The notes under the pieces: model-generated | The model's database searches: none | The model's input: only the letters and a program-made list of their open reading frames with translations | What the model was told of the DNA's origin: nothing | Assembly (NCBI RefSeq): GCF_006345805.1 | Contig: NC_042999.1 | Coordinates: forward strand, 161,572,001 to 161,636,000 | Reading direction: 5' to 3' | Origin: Octopus sinensis | Lineage: Eukaryota | DNA: 64,000 nt | Part shown: in pieces, positions 26,065-37,750 of the stretch | Layout of the letters: each line of letters opens with the position of its first letter | Numbering within the stretch: position 1 is the stretch's first letter | Program-made: the position numbers and the translations under genes

Positions 26065-26462
26065 CTAGCAGTATCGCCCGGCGTTGCTCGGGTTTGTAAA
26101 GGAAATAACTATATAAACATTTTTAGAGATGTAAAGTATAATAGCCATCTCAATATGGCTAACCACAAAGGGGGGGGGTGTTACTGTAGCTTTTTACGTT
26201 CTGAGATTTAATAATACATTTTTAGAGAGTTACTTCCCTTATATATGCCAAAAATGCATTAAAAATGGGAAAAATTGATGGTAAATTTTTTTTTAAATCG
26301 TAGACTCATTGTAGACGCGCGCTAATACCCAGAAGGGCTCGATATGAATCATGACTATAAGATACCCGGTTTTGGTTAAACTGCACCGCAAAATGTGGGA
26401 GTAGTTAGGAATCTAAATCGTAGGAGACAGACAGCACACAACCTCACTTTTATATATAAAGA
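26065..26462 (-). mobile_element. Non-autonomous Helitron, copy 3
   Basis: Reverse complement of 12379-12775 with TC/CTAG termini. Confidence 0.9.
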
Positions 26463-26758
26463 TATTATATGAAAAAGAAAAAAATCCTTTAAGAATTAGA
26501 AACTAGATATAACTTTGAACCCAATAATAATAATAATAATAATAATAATAATTGTGCAGCTGTTTTTGATTTAGTAGTCATTTTGTGGTTATGATCTTTC
26601 ATGTGTTATTTATATATTTATTTATTTAGTCCAGCAAGCCAGGTCAATATAATTTTGACGAACTAAGATCACAGGTTCATATCTTGAGACTATACAGTGG
26701 GGCAACATCTAAGCAAATGTGTATGTGTCAATAAATATGTAAATAAAAGGTTACTCAC

Positions 26759-26829
26759 TCAGTTTTTTAACAACCTTTTGCAGGGCATTGAATTCTTTAG
26801 GAAGCCAGCTTTTTGGGTGACTTAACAAA
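26759..26829 (-). CDS. Minus-strand gene, internal exon (71 bp)
   Basis: Long pyrimidine tract with AAG acceptor; donor GTGAGT; phase 2 to 1: LLSHPKSWLPKEFNALQKVVKKL. Confidence 0.7.
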
Positions 26830-27256
26830 CTTCAGATGAAATGAAAATATAAATAAAAGAGAAAAAATTATGAAGATCTCTTATGTTGGTACAAGATCAT
26901 AATTTTTCATTGATTTGAAACACTGGCACAAATTAATCAAACAGATCTAAAAAAAATGTTATCACTTAATCAGAGGAGGAAGGAAAGTGCTCTTGACAAT
27001 TTTCACAGCCTCTGAGACTAGTCAAAAAAAAAGAAAAGAATATATTCTCTAACTAGAGACCTTCCTGAGTGTTTATAACAGAAGAAATTTCCCTAAAGGT
27101 ACCCCACAATCAGTTGGTGATAGTAAACAAAGCAATGAATTAGGTCTACCAGCCAAGAAAAATAACAGGGCCTCCAGTGAACTTCTACACAGATTTTGCT
27201 TATCCAACTTCCTTCGCAAAGTTTTGGCTGACTCGAGGCTATGGTCATCAAGCAGT

Positions 27257-27665
27257 GATGGGAGACAAACACAGATACACACACACACACACATACACGA
27301 TGGATTTCTTTCCGTTTCCATCTTCCAAATCCACTAACAAGGTTTTGGTCGGCCCAAGGTTATAGTAGAATACACTTGCCCAAAGTGCCACATAGTGGGA
27401 CTGAACCTAAAACCATATGGTTGAGAAGTAAACTTCTTATTTCTTTACTGCCCACAAGGGCCTACACACAGAGGGGACAGACAAAGGGATTAAGTCGATT
27501 GCATCGACCCCAGTGCATAACTGGTACTTATTTAATCGACCCCTGAAAGGATGAAAGGCTAAGTCGACCTCGGCGGAATTTGAACTCAGAACATAAAGAC
27601 AGATGAAATACTACTAAACATTTTGCCTGGCGTGCTTAGCAAACTTCTTACCACACGGCCACACT
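27257..27665 (-). mobile_element. SINE A fragment containing a nested SINE B (27440-27640)
   Basis: TSD AAACTTCTTA at 27430-27439 and 27641-27650, inside the SINE A head. Confidence 0.85.
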
Positions 27666-28110
27666 TGCATCTTATCAATTTTACATTTGATTTTCCATTA
27701 CATTGTTGTTTAGCCCTAAGTCAAACTTAAACAGATAGACCTATGATCAAGCCATGGCAATTTTGTTTTTCTGTGTATCAGACACTAGATTGTATAATTT
27801 GTCTTTCCTTTATTAAGATGGTAAGCTTGTGATTTGATGGTCACCTAAGACACCTTCTGGTTCTGCAGCACAAAATTTCCATTTTAAAGTGTTCATATCT
27901 GAATAAAAATCTTCCTCTATGATTCTATGTGAAACCCTTTTTAAATCTATGTTACAAACACCAGATAAAGCATGAACCTGATAGCTATTTCAATAAATCC
28001 CTCCAACTTCTTAACTATTTTGAAATCAGCTTAAATACAAAGGAAGTATATTTTTTAAAAGTATGATACAAAAGGGTTAAAGTTTACTGATCTGTAAGAT
28101 TGAGACTCAC

Positions 28111-28154
28111 TTCTTAGCTTGTAAATGTTGCAAGTAAGTGCAAATCCTTCTCCA
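28111..28154 (-). CDS. Candidate optional 44-bp exon of the minus-strand gene
   Basis: Acceptor TACTTACAG, donor GTGAGT; phase 0 to 2: WRRICTYLQHLQAK; in frame only if the upstream donor after 28560 is used. Confidence 0.35.
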
Positions 28155-28321
28155 CTGTAAGTACTAATAATACTGTAAAAACAAATAAAAGTTTCATTGG
28201 CCTGTAATTTTGATTTCAACTGGTCCATGAGTAAGCATCCACTTTCAGAATAAGGGTGATTGAGAGGTAGGTTAATGGCCAATTTATATAAATGACTTCC
28301 TATAGAAGTTAATATAATCTT

Positions 28322-28426
28322 AGTGCTACCAGTTAAAAGCTCCGTATACCAGAAGCTAGCATTCTCTCCTGATGACCCCATACACTTGCTAGCTTCCGGT
28401 ATACGGAGCTTTTAACTGGTAGCACT
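28322..28426. repeat. Near-perfect 40-bp inverted repeat with 25-nt loop
   Basis: Arms 28322-28361 and 28387-28426, one mismatch. Confidence 0.95.
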
Positions 28427-28563
28427 TGCATGTGCAAGTTGTTTGCAAGACATCTAATGGTCATAAGATTATATATATCAGACTGTACAGAAAGCAAAAA
28501 TAGTGAGAAGAGGCATCAAAACACACACAAACACACTTCAAGAAAATTAAAGTGAATACCAAC

Positions 28564-28638
28564 TCGGATTCTGGATTTATTCTTGTGTCAACTTCCATTG
28601 CATAATGTAAAGGTCGACCAGTAGGAGGATAAAGGCTT
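28564..28638 (-). CDS. Minus-strand gene, internal exon (alternative end at 28560)
   Basis: Acceptor CTTTTTCTGCTGTCTTTCTACAG; phase 2: (R)SLYPPTGRPLHYAMEVDTRINPES; donors GTTGGT or GTATTC 4 nt apart. Confidence 0.8.
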
Positions 28639-29019
28639 CTGTAGAAAGACAGCAGAAAAAGCATCATGAATAATTTACAGAGATACAGTAGGATGTGACA
28701 GCATATTAGTAGAAGAGAGCAACAATAGCAATAACATCAACAGTATTGTGATAAAGTGTGGGTGTGTCTACACTGCAATATTGTAATGAAGTGAGAATGT
28801 AAGTGCAACACTATCGAAACTGCTGATTAAAAGATTAAAGGATTAAAGTAACTTTTTAACCGGTTGATCTAGTTCTGGATAAATTTTCCCTGGAAAGAGA
28901 CAGGATGTTCAATACTCTGTTGATCATAGGTATGCCCAGTGTTGATTATCAATGAGTTCAATCAGTGTTGACAACAAATTTGGACAGTACAGGAGTGGAT
29001 GATGAAAGTTAATCTAGAG

Positions 29020-29238
29020 CAGTGGTTTTCAACCAGGGTTCCGCGGAACCTTGAGGTTCCGCAAGTACAGTCCAGGGATTCCGCAAGCAGTTACAAAAAT
29101 GCTAAAATCAACAGTAATTTTTAATTCTCCTGTGCAGATATGTGTGCATAAGACAATTAAATTATTGCACAGGGGTTCCTCGAGCCAGTGGAATGTTTCC
29201 TTGGGGTTCCGCTTCAGCAAAAAGTTTGAAAAGCACTG
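29020..29238. mobile_element. hAT-Charlie-type MITE
   Basis: TIRs CAGTGGTTTTCAA / TTGAAAAGCACTG; perfect 8-bp TSD ATCTAGAG (29012-29019, 29239-29246). Confidence 0.92.
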
Positions 29239-29619
29239 ATCTAGAGAAACAACTAAAATTTGCCAGTACTAATAGGCAGTTGAGGGTTTGCCCATTGTAC
29301 CTCAGTGAGGCCTATGAAACCCAGGACATTTCAGGAATAAGCAGAAAAGCCATCAAGAGCACCATAACAACCACTGAGAAAGCATCTAAATGCCTCTGGT
29401 TTAAAAGAGATGATTAGTGGGGGGGTGGGGGTCAGTAGAATGCCACTTGGACACAGGCCTAGGCTTGATCAAACAAGGTCAAGTCAACTGGAAGAGGGTG
29501 TAAGTTGTAAGACTTGAAACATGCAGTAAGCCAAAGATACAACACTGCTGATATGTCCTAGTATTACATTTGTAGATGTATGTTGAACAGGTATGGGTGT
29601 GGGGGTGCAGGCAAGGCTG

Positions 29620-29620
29620 T

Positions 29621-29662
<42 letters not shown>

Positions 29663-29915
29663 GGTTAACGTTCGCTTTCAATGCTAGCATGGGTTGGACA
29701 GTTCAACTGGGGTCTGGGAAGCCCGAAGGCTGCACCAGGCCAGTCAGATCTGGCGGTGTTTCTACAGCTGGATGCCCTTCCTAACGCCAACCACTCCGTG
29801 AGTGTAGTGGGTGCTTTTTATGTGCCACCGACACAGGTGCCAGACGAGGCTGGCAAACGGCTACGCTCGGATGGTGCTTTTTTATGTGCCACCGACACGG
29901 AGGCCAGGCGAGGCT
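29620..29915 (-). mobile_element. RTE LINE 3'-tail fragment
   Basis: (CAT)n followed by the same tail as 11853-12036, two minisatellite units. Confidence 0.8.
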
Positions 29916-30055
29916 GGCATGGCTGGGTATGGTTAAAATATTTGTTTTGCAACCATGCAGTTTTGGGTTCAGTCCTATTACATGGCACATTGAGCAAGTG
30001 ATTTCTTCTATAGTCTCAGGCCAGAGTCCATCATACTCACACCCACTTGTGTATG

Positions 30056-30096
<41 letters not shown>

Positions 30097-30171
30097 ATGC
30101 ATGCTTATCGCCTCGTTTTGACGTTGTGCACTCAATGTAAACAAACTTCATCATTGTACAATCAGTGGTAT

Positions 30172-30577
30172 TTACTCTTACTCTTTTTACTCTTTTACTT
30201 GTTTCAGTCATTTGACTGCGGCCATGCTGGAGCACCGCCTTTAATCGAGCAAATCGACCCCGGGACTTATTCTTTGTAAGCCCAGTACTTATTCTATCGG
30301 TCTCTTTTGCCGAACCGCTAAGTGACGGGGACATAAACACACTAGCATTGGTTGTCAAGCGATGTTGGGGGGACAAACACTGACACACACACATATATAT
30401 ATATACATATATACAACGGGCTTCTTTCAGTTTCCGTCAACCAAATCCACTCACAAAGCTTTGGTCGGCCCGAGGCTATAGTAGCAGACACTTGCCCAAG
30501 GTGCCACGCAGTGGGACTGAACCCTGAACCATGTAGTTGGTAAGCAAGCTACTTACCACACAGCCACTCCTACGCCT
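30172..30577 (-). mobile_element. SINE family A
   Basis: Match to family consensus. Confidence 0.88.
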
Positions 30578-30817
30578 ATTTGTTTGCAATTTTCTGTGAA
30601 AATATGTCCAGACTAAGAAAATATATTATTTGCTTGGAAATGGGTATGGGTTGGTGACAGAAAGAGCATCCAGCGAGAGAAAATTTACCTCAACAAATTT
30701 CATCTGATCAATACGAGGGATAACGAAATTATCTGGACCAAAAATGTTTTTGACTTTTTAGAATTTTCAGCTGGCAGTAAAACTTGCAATTGAAGACAGA
30801 TAACAAAATTATTCAAT

Positions 30818-31212
30818 AGGCGCAAGAGTGGCTGTGTGGTAAGTAGCTTGCCTACCAACCACATGGTTCCGGGTTCAGTCCCACTGCGTGGCACCTTGGG
30901 CAAGTGTCTTCTACTATAGCCTCGGGCCGACCAAAGCCTTGTGAGTGGATTTGGTAGACGGAAACTGAAAGAAGCCCGTCGTATATATGTATATATATAT
31001 GCGTGTGTGTGTTTGTCCCCCTAGCATTGCTTGACAACTGATGCTGGTGTGTTTATGTCCCCGTTACTTAGCGGTTCAGCAAAAGAGACCGATAGAATAA
31101 GTACTGGGCTTGCAAAAGAATAAGTCCCGGGGTCGAGTTGCTCGATTAAAGGCGGTGTTCCAGCATGGCCGCAGTCAAAATGACTGAAACAACTAAAAGA
31201 GAAAAGAGAGAG
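30818..31212 (+). mobile_element. SINE family A (inverted relative to 30172-30577)
   Basis: Match to family consensus. Confidence 0.88.
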
Positions 31213-31425
31213 TATAGCAGACATTTATGACTGCCTCATGTAGCTTGTAAATTTAATTAACTTATATTATTAATTAGTTAATGCAGTTGTAGGTAAAACC
31301 TTGGGTATATTCCACAGCAATTTTAGATATAAAAATAAACCAAGTTGGCAAGTCAGATATATATGCATATAAAAACGTGTCTGTATGCATGTACTTATGT
31401 ATGTATGATTGTATATATACATATA

Positions 31426-31820
31426 CTAGCAGTGTCGCCCACCGTTGCTCGGGTTTGTAAGGGAAATAACTATATAAGCATTTTTAGAGATGTAAAGTAT
31501 AATAGGCATCTCAATATGGCTAACAACAAAGGGGGTGGTGTTACTGTAGCTTTTTACGTTCTGAGATTTAATAATACATTTTTAGAGAGTTACTTCCCTT
31601 ATATATGCCAAAAATGCATTAAAAATGGGAAAAATTGATGGTAAATTTTTTTTTAGATGGTAAATTTTTTAGATGCGCGCTAATACCCAGAAGGGCTCAA
31701 TATGAATCACGACTATAAGATACCCGGTTTTGGTTAAACTGCACTGCAAAATGTGGGAGTAGTTAGGAATCTAAATCATAGGAGACAAACAGCACACAAC
31801 CTCACTTTTATATATAAAGA
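31426..31820 (-). mobile_element. Non-autonomous Helitron, copy 4
   Basis: TC/CTAG termini; small internal rearrangement at ~31640-31675. Confidence 0.88.
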
Positions 31821-31950
31821 TATGTACGCAGATTGACTGAGAGATCCCACAAAGATAGTAGGGTACTTACCAAAGTAACAGAAAGTAACAAAACTACACA
31901 AAAACAGAATATGTACATGTATAAGTGAAAGAAATTTGTGCTAAGTTTAC

Positions 31951-32042
31951 CTTCTTAGCACTGTCCATGACACATTGACACCTTTGTCACGTAATTCATC
32001 AGAAATCTTTATGCACTCATGATCATTGTTATCTTGGGGTTC
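31951..32042 (-). CDS. Minus-strand gene, internal exon (92 bp)
   Basis: (ATT)n-TTTCAG acceptor, AG|GTAAAC donor; phase 0 to 2: EPQDNNDHECIKISDELRDKGVNVSWTVLR. Confidence 0.8.
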
Positions 32043-32047
32043 CTGAA

Positions 32048-32106
<59 letters not shown>

Positions 32107-32137
32107 TAACAACAACAACAACAATAACAATAATAAC

Positions 32138-32178
<41 letters not shown>

Positions 32179-32206
32179 TAACAACAACAACAATAACAAT
32201 AATAAC

Positions 32207-32241
<35 letters not shown>
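32048..32241. repeat. (AAT)n/(AAC) microsatellite
   Basis: Direct reading; source of poly-Ile ORF artefacts. Confidence 0.95.
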
Positions 32242-32506
32242 GATAGTGCTGATGGGAACTGCTCATATCCTACGCAAAATACTCTCTATGTAACCTCAAG
32301 GTTTAAAACAACCATAATTTTCGGTTTAAAAAAAAAAAAAAAAAACTTTTTTTTTTAGACATTCATTAGTACAACATCCCCACCCCCCAAATATATGGCA
32401 CACTAGGCATAACAACAACATGAACTTCCAACCCTGTTGTCTCTTGAGGTCTCTGGGTGAGACTTGGAGCCAACTTGTACAAATATAAAGCAAAAGTCAA
32501 ACAGAA
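32241..32506 (+). mobile_element. R4/Dong-like LINE extreme 3' end inside (AAT)n
   Basis: KIVLMGTAHILRKILSM* C-terminal motif, UTR, then (AAT)n. Confidence 0.7.
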
Positions 32507-32540
32507 TAATAATAATAATCATAACAACAACAATAATAAT

Positions 32541-32738
32541 CATCATCATCATTGTTCGACCGTGGTCGAGACAATGGAATTTACCATGCTACGCCAGACT
32601 TCACGGTCCATCATGGCATTACGGAGGTCCTGTTGCTGGATGCCTGTATCCCTGGAGATTACATCAGGGTAGGAGAGTGTGCGCCCTCTGGTATTGCGAG
32701 TAGATGGCTTCCAGAGGAGAAGAGTAGAAATTACCTCT
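32541..32738 (-). mobile_element. RTE-like LINE 3' end (second family)
   Basis: EVISTLLLWKPSTRNTRGRTLSYPDVISRDTG...AMMDREVWRSMV...* with (TGA)n tail. Confidence 0.75.
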
Positions 32739-32762
32739 AATAATAACAATAATAATAATAAC

Positions 32763-32812
<50 letters not shown>

Positions 32813-32830
32813 TAATAATAATGATGCAGT

Positions 32831-33388
32831 AATTGCTCTGATGCAGTACCAGGCAGTGGCTCTCATGGCTTCTGATCTTAACTGACTGGAAGTGTTATCA
32901 TGTACATTGTTTTGTCTTGGTATAAAAGATGGGCTACAGCAAATATTCTGCTCAATACCACAGATTTGCTTGTCAGTTGTTTGACCTTAACCAGTTGAGC
33001 ATGTCCCTTAGGGGCTGACGATATGTGCATCTCTGATCACGAGCAGAAGTAGTGGGGGAGCATCATAGCCATGTGTTGAGAGGGATTCTTGGAGGTTTGA
33101 ATAATTCACCTCTGGAAACATGGGTGGTTCTTTCAACATCCTTAAACAACCCTTATTCAGGGACCTTTTGAGCGGGATGGGCTACTCAACCTGAAGAAAA
33201 TTCTAACTGGGCCCCACCTGCAAGGTCATGTGCTGTTTATCTTGATATGAGATCACCATGTTGTGCACATATGGTTGTGATGCATGTGCCTGGTGTACCT
33301 TTATGAGACGGGTAGTCATGATGGGTATATTGGGCTTCGTATATTTTACCCCAGTGTCACTTTGATGGCATGCACTGCTCTCTCACTC
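32831..33388 (+). mobile_element. Interspersed repeat family E with (AAT)n tail
   Basis: 3' half matches 4578-4852 in reverse; tail to ~33465. Confidence 0.75.
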
Positions 33389-33450
<62 letters not shown>

Positions 33451-33469
33451 TAGTAATAACAATACTAAT

Positions 33470-34360
33470 CCTTTCTAATCTAGGCACATGGCCTGAAATT
33501 TTGGGGGAAGGGACTAGTTGATTACATCGATCCCAGTGTTTCACTGGTACTTAATTTATCGACCCTGAAAGGATGAGAGGTAAAGTCCAAACCAGCAGAA
33601 TTTGAACTCAGAACATTCTGCCTAGCATGCTAACGATTCTGCCAGCTTGCTGCCTTAATCCTTTCAACAATAGGCACAGGGCTAGCAATTTTAGAGGGAG
33701 GGCTTAGTCAATTACATCAACTCCAGTGTTCATCTGGTACTTTTTTTTTATCAACTCCAAAAGATGAAAGACCTTGAATTTTGAACTTAGAACATAAAAC
33801 CAGAAGAAATGCTGTCAAGCATTTTATCTGGTATAAATCCTTAAAATCCTTAAAAATGTTTTAGGCCACGGCCATGCTGGGGCACCACCGCTAATGATTC
33901 TGCCAGCTTGCTACTTTAATACTGATTTCAAATTTTGGCACGAGGCCAGCAATTTCAGGGGTGGATTACATCGACCTCAGTGCTCAACTGGTACTTATTT
34001 AAATGACCCTGAAAGGATAGAAGGCAAAGCCTCTGAAGAATTTGAACTCAGAAAACAAAGATGGACAAAATGCTGCTGAGCATTCCACCCAGTGTGCAAA
34101 CAATTCTGCAAGTTCACCATCTTCTGGTGCTTTAACATTAATGATTTGTTTCTGCTATAGGCTTCAGGCCAGAAATTTTGTGAGGAGAGGGCGAGTTCAT
34201 TACATCAACCACAGTACTCAACTGGTACTTATTTCATTGATCCTGAAAGAATGAAAGGCAAAGTTGATCTCAGTGGCATTTGAACACAGAATGTAAAGGC
34301 AGATGAAATGTCACTAAGCATTTTGTCCAGTACAACAATGATTCTTCCAGCTCATGCACT
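33470..34360 (-). mobile_element. Cluster of three or more degenerate SINE-B-like copies
   Basis: Repeated CTGGTACTTATTT...GAAAGGATGAAAGG...TTTGAACTCAGAA motifs at ~33540-33660, 33980-34060 and 34215-34300. Confidence 0.7.
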
Positions 34361-34415
<55 letters not shown>

Positions 34416-34419
34416 TATT

Positions 34420-35640
34420 TGGCCAGAAGTATTATTATACTTTCTGGTTATGAGAAGCCTAATTTCTTAAGATTGGTATTTAGGCAGTGTTACATATCCC
34501 AGGGCCCCAATAATTAGTTATAAACCTGACAATTGTAATCTGGATAGAGTAACTGCAGATTTTTCAATAGCTCAGCATAGGTATTCTCTTTTTCACAGAT
34601 CTTCAGTTTTATGTTAATATCTACTGGGCAACTAATTTCAACAACTACACATTTTCACTTCTCTATTCCAAATCATTATAACAGGTCTGTTGTGCTTACA
34701 TTTTATTGAGGTTTTCACTGGGAAATTCCACTAGTACTCCTTTTTATTATGAGTGGCTATGACTTCTACTATGTTGTGGGTTCTTATTTCTTTGTCCTCG
34801 AGGTTATCCTTTTGATGGATTTCATTATATAACATCCTAGCCACAACATTATGTCTCAACAGGAGATAATACCATGATGACATTTTTGGGCAACTGCTTA
34901 TGATATAGGTGCTGTCTTCAGTGTCAACTCCACAAAATCTGCATCACATTTTACTGCTTTTCCTGCATCTCTGCCCCCTTTGTGCATCAGGTATCTTGTT
35001 GATATTTCCCGTTCCTGGATTGCAAACACATATCCTTCTTAGTGGGAGGTAGTAATCCGTTTATTAGTCCATGATAGACTGCTTTGATGATCAATGTTAC
35101 TATCATCCTAGAGCTTTCTACTAACATATCCATGCATAGTCTTCTGCTCGTATGTGCTCCTCCTTTCATCTGATGATACGTTTCAGTAGAGTCATGCGAT
35201 TTCTTTGAGCATGTATTTAAGGTTATCAGACAAGGAATGCTGCACAAGGATCTGCCTTCTATGTCTTATGATGTTATCAGCCTCATGTATGCAAACTTGA
35301 TCAAGGGATACATTTCGACACTTGGTGCTTAAAAGACGTTGCCGAAGGGATATGATACGACATTCAAAGGCATTTTGGATCGATGTTAAGCCTCTGCTAC
35401 CTTGTTTTCATTTTAGGTAGAGGCAGTCTTCATCACTGTTTATGTAGAAACTATGTGTGCTTGTTAATATTTTCTGGGTTCTCACATCAATGACCCAGAT
35501 TTCATCAAGTGTCTAATCAAGCAGCCCAAATATTGGTATGAGTACTGGCACTGCAAACATATTGTGGGCCACTGCTTTATTGAATGCAAAGAGTTCTGAG
35601 GTCCAAATATTCTTTATTCAGCTGTAATATTCTTTAGCAG
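34420..35640 (-). mobile_element. R4/Dong-clade LINE, 3' segment (RT C-terminus, zinc knuckle, REL endonuclease)
   Basis: KEYYS*IKNIWTSELFAFNK...; FAIQEREISTRYL; SSCPKMSS.YYL.LRHNVVA; KHNRP; VEISCPVDIN; IIGALG; ends at (ATT)n. Confidence 0.85.
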
Positions 35641-37335
35641 AAGCCAAAAGCTGTCAGTGAGAAATTCTGACATCAGAAGAGAATAACCAGGAGAAAAACA
35701 ATAAACAAAAAATTTAACCAGAACCAGGCAACAGTGTACAGAGACATGAAAGGAGAAGCAGTGAACATCACAGAAGTCCTTCATGAGAAGACAGACTCCT
35801 TCTGGGAAGAAAATATGGAGTGAAGAGGAGTTTAACCAAGATTTTCTGTGGCTGGAAGTAATCCAAAGAAGTTATTGCCTCAGCATTACACCAAAGACAT
35901 ACAGCATTGATGGTGATATCCTTGTAACTGTGATCCAGAAACTTCAGGATGGAAAAGCATCTGGAAGAGACTTGGTTGTTGGATATTGGTACAAGAAGCT
36001 AACCTTCTACTGACCATATCTTATCAATCTGTACCAGCATAGGAACAGCAGCATACCACACTGGTTAGCTCTGGCAGAGACAAAACTGGTCCCCAAATGC
36101 ACAACCACCCACATAGCAAAAAAACTACCGGCCAATTACCATAATGTAATGTATAAGATATTATACAGCATGCTTAAACCTCTTCCTTCAAGACCATTCA
36201 TCATCATCATTTAACATCTGCTTTTCATGCTGGCATGGCTTGGACGGTTTGACTGAAAACAGATAAGCCAGGGGGGCTACACCAGGTTCCAATCTGATTT
36301 GACAAGGTTTCTACAGCTAGATGCCCTTCCTAACACCAACCACTCTGAGAGTGTAGGGGGTGCTTTTTACATGCCACTGGAATGGGTGCCATTGACCTGA
36401 AACTGGCATCAGTGATGATTATGGTCTCACTTGACTTGACAGGTCAACACAAGCATGGTATATTGCCAAAGGTATCACTGCCTCCATGAGGCCCAATGCT
36501 CAAATGGTGCTTTTTGCATGCCATTGGCATCAGCCCAATAACATCATCACAGCAGAATAAGCAGCTTCTTGACTACAGCAATATGCTACATATCTCAGTC
36601 TTCTGTCATCCCCTTTCGTAAGGTTCAGCATTTTGGCAACAGCCTTCAATACTTCATCCCATGTTTTCCTGGGAACAAGGGAGTCTGGAGATGTGCCAAA
36701 CAATTGTTAATCAACGAAACTGTGATGTCAGAGATGCAGGAGAATAGAAGGAACCTTGTTTCAATGTGGCTAGACTACAAGAAAGCCTTTGACTCTGTCC
36801 CCCACTCATGGATGCTAGAAGCCCTTCAACTTGCTAAAGTTCCAGTGAGCATAATCAAAGCCATAGCTGACCTGACTTCCTTGTGGGCCACTATCTTGAA
36901 ATTAAACACAAAGAGTGACTGTATTATCACCGATAGAATACAGTATCACAGAGGCATATTCCAAAGGGACAGCCTCTCTGTGATGTTGTTTATACTTTCT
37001 GTAAACTCCTTGTCGTTCATGTTAAGGAAGTTTGAAGGATATTTCACTGGTTTACAAGGAAACAGAAATACCAAAATTATACACTGTCCCTTTGTAGACA
37101 ACTTGAAACTTTATGCAAAGAATATGCACAAGATGAAGAAGAGCCTTGACCTGGTTACAACATTCTCAAAGGATGTAGGGTTGGGGTTTGGTCAGGATAA
37201 ATGTTGTTATATGGTTGTGAAAAGAGGGAAAACTGTAAAGCAGACTAGCAACATCTCCATCAGTGACTTGACTGTTTCCTCGACATCTGATGAGGAAGGT
37301 TACAGATAACTAGGGATAGATGAAAATATATCTTA
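35641..37335 (+). mobile_element. R4/Dong-clade LINE, 5' segment (pre-RT and RT), inverted
   Basis: KNYRPI motif at ~36120; ORF 36569-37309 WLDYKKAFDSVPHSW...RGIFQRDSLS...FVDNLKLY; interrupted by RTE pieces at ~36197-36537 and ~36562-36670. Confidence 0.9.
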
Positions 37336-37750
37336 CATACATGCATGCATGTATGTATGTATGTATGTATGTATGCATGCATGTATGGTTGCATGTATGT
37401 ATGCATGCATGTATGTATGGTTGCATGTTTGTATGTATGGTTGGATGTATGTATGCATGCATGCATGTATGGTTGCATGTATGTATGTATGGTTGCATGT
37501 ATGTATGCATGTATGTATGGTTGCATGTATGTATGCATGTATGTATGTATGGTTGCATGTATGTATGGTTGCATGTATGTATGCATGTATGTATGTATGG
37601 TTGCATGTATGTATGGTTGCATGTATGTATACATACATGCATGTATGTATGCATGCATGTATGTATGTATGCATGCATGTATGTATGTATGGTTGCATGT
37701 ATGTATGCATGCATGCATGTATGTATGATTGCATGTATGTATGCATGCAT
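37333..37750. repeat. Complex (TGTA/TGCA/TGGT)n tetranucleotide satellite
   Basis: Direct reading; produces overlapping spurious ORFs on both strands. Confidence 0.95.

Noticed and set aside
27073-27321. 82-aa minus-strand ORF in an intron
   Set aside because: Starts in a SINE fragment and no phase-compatible splice pair was found.
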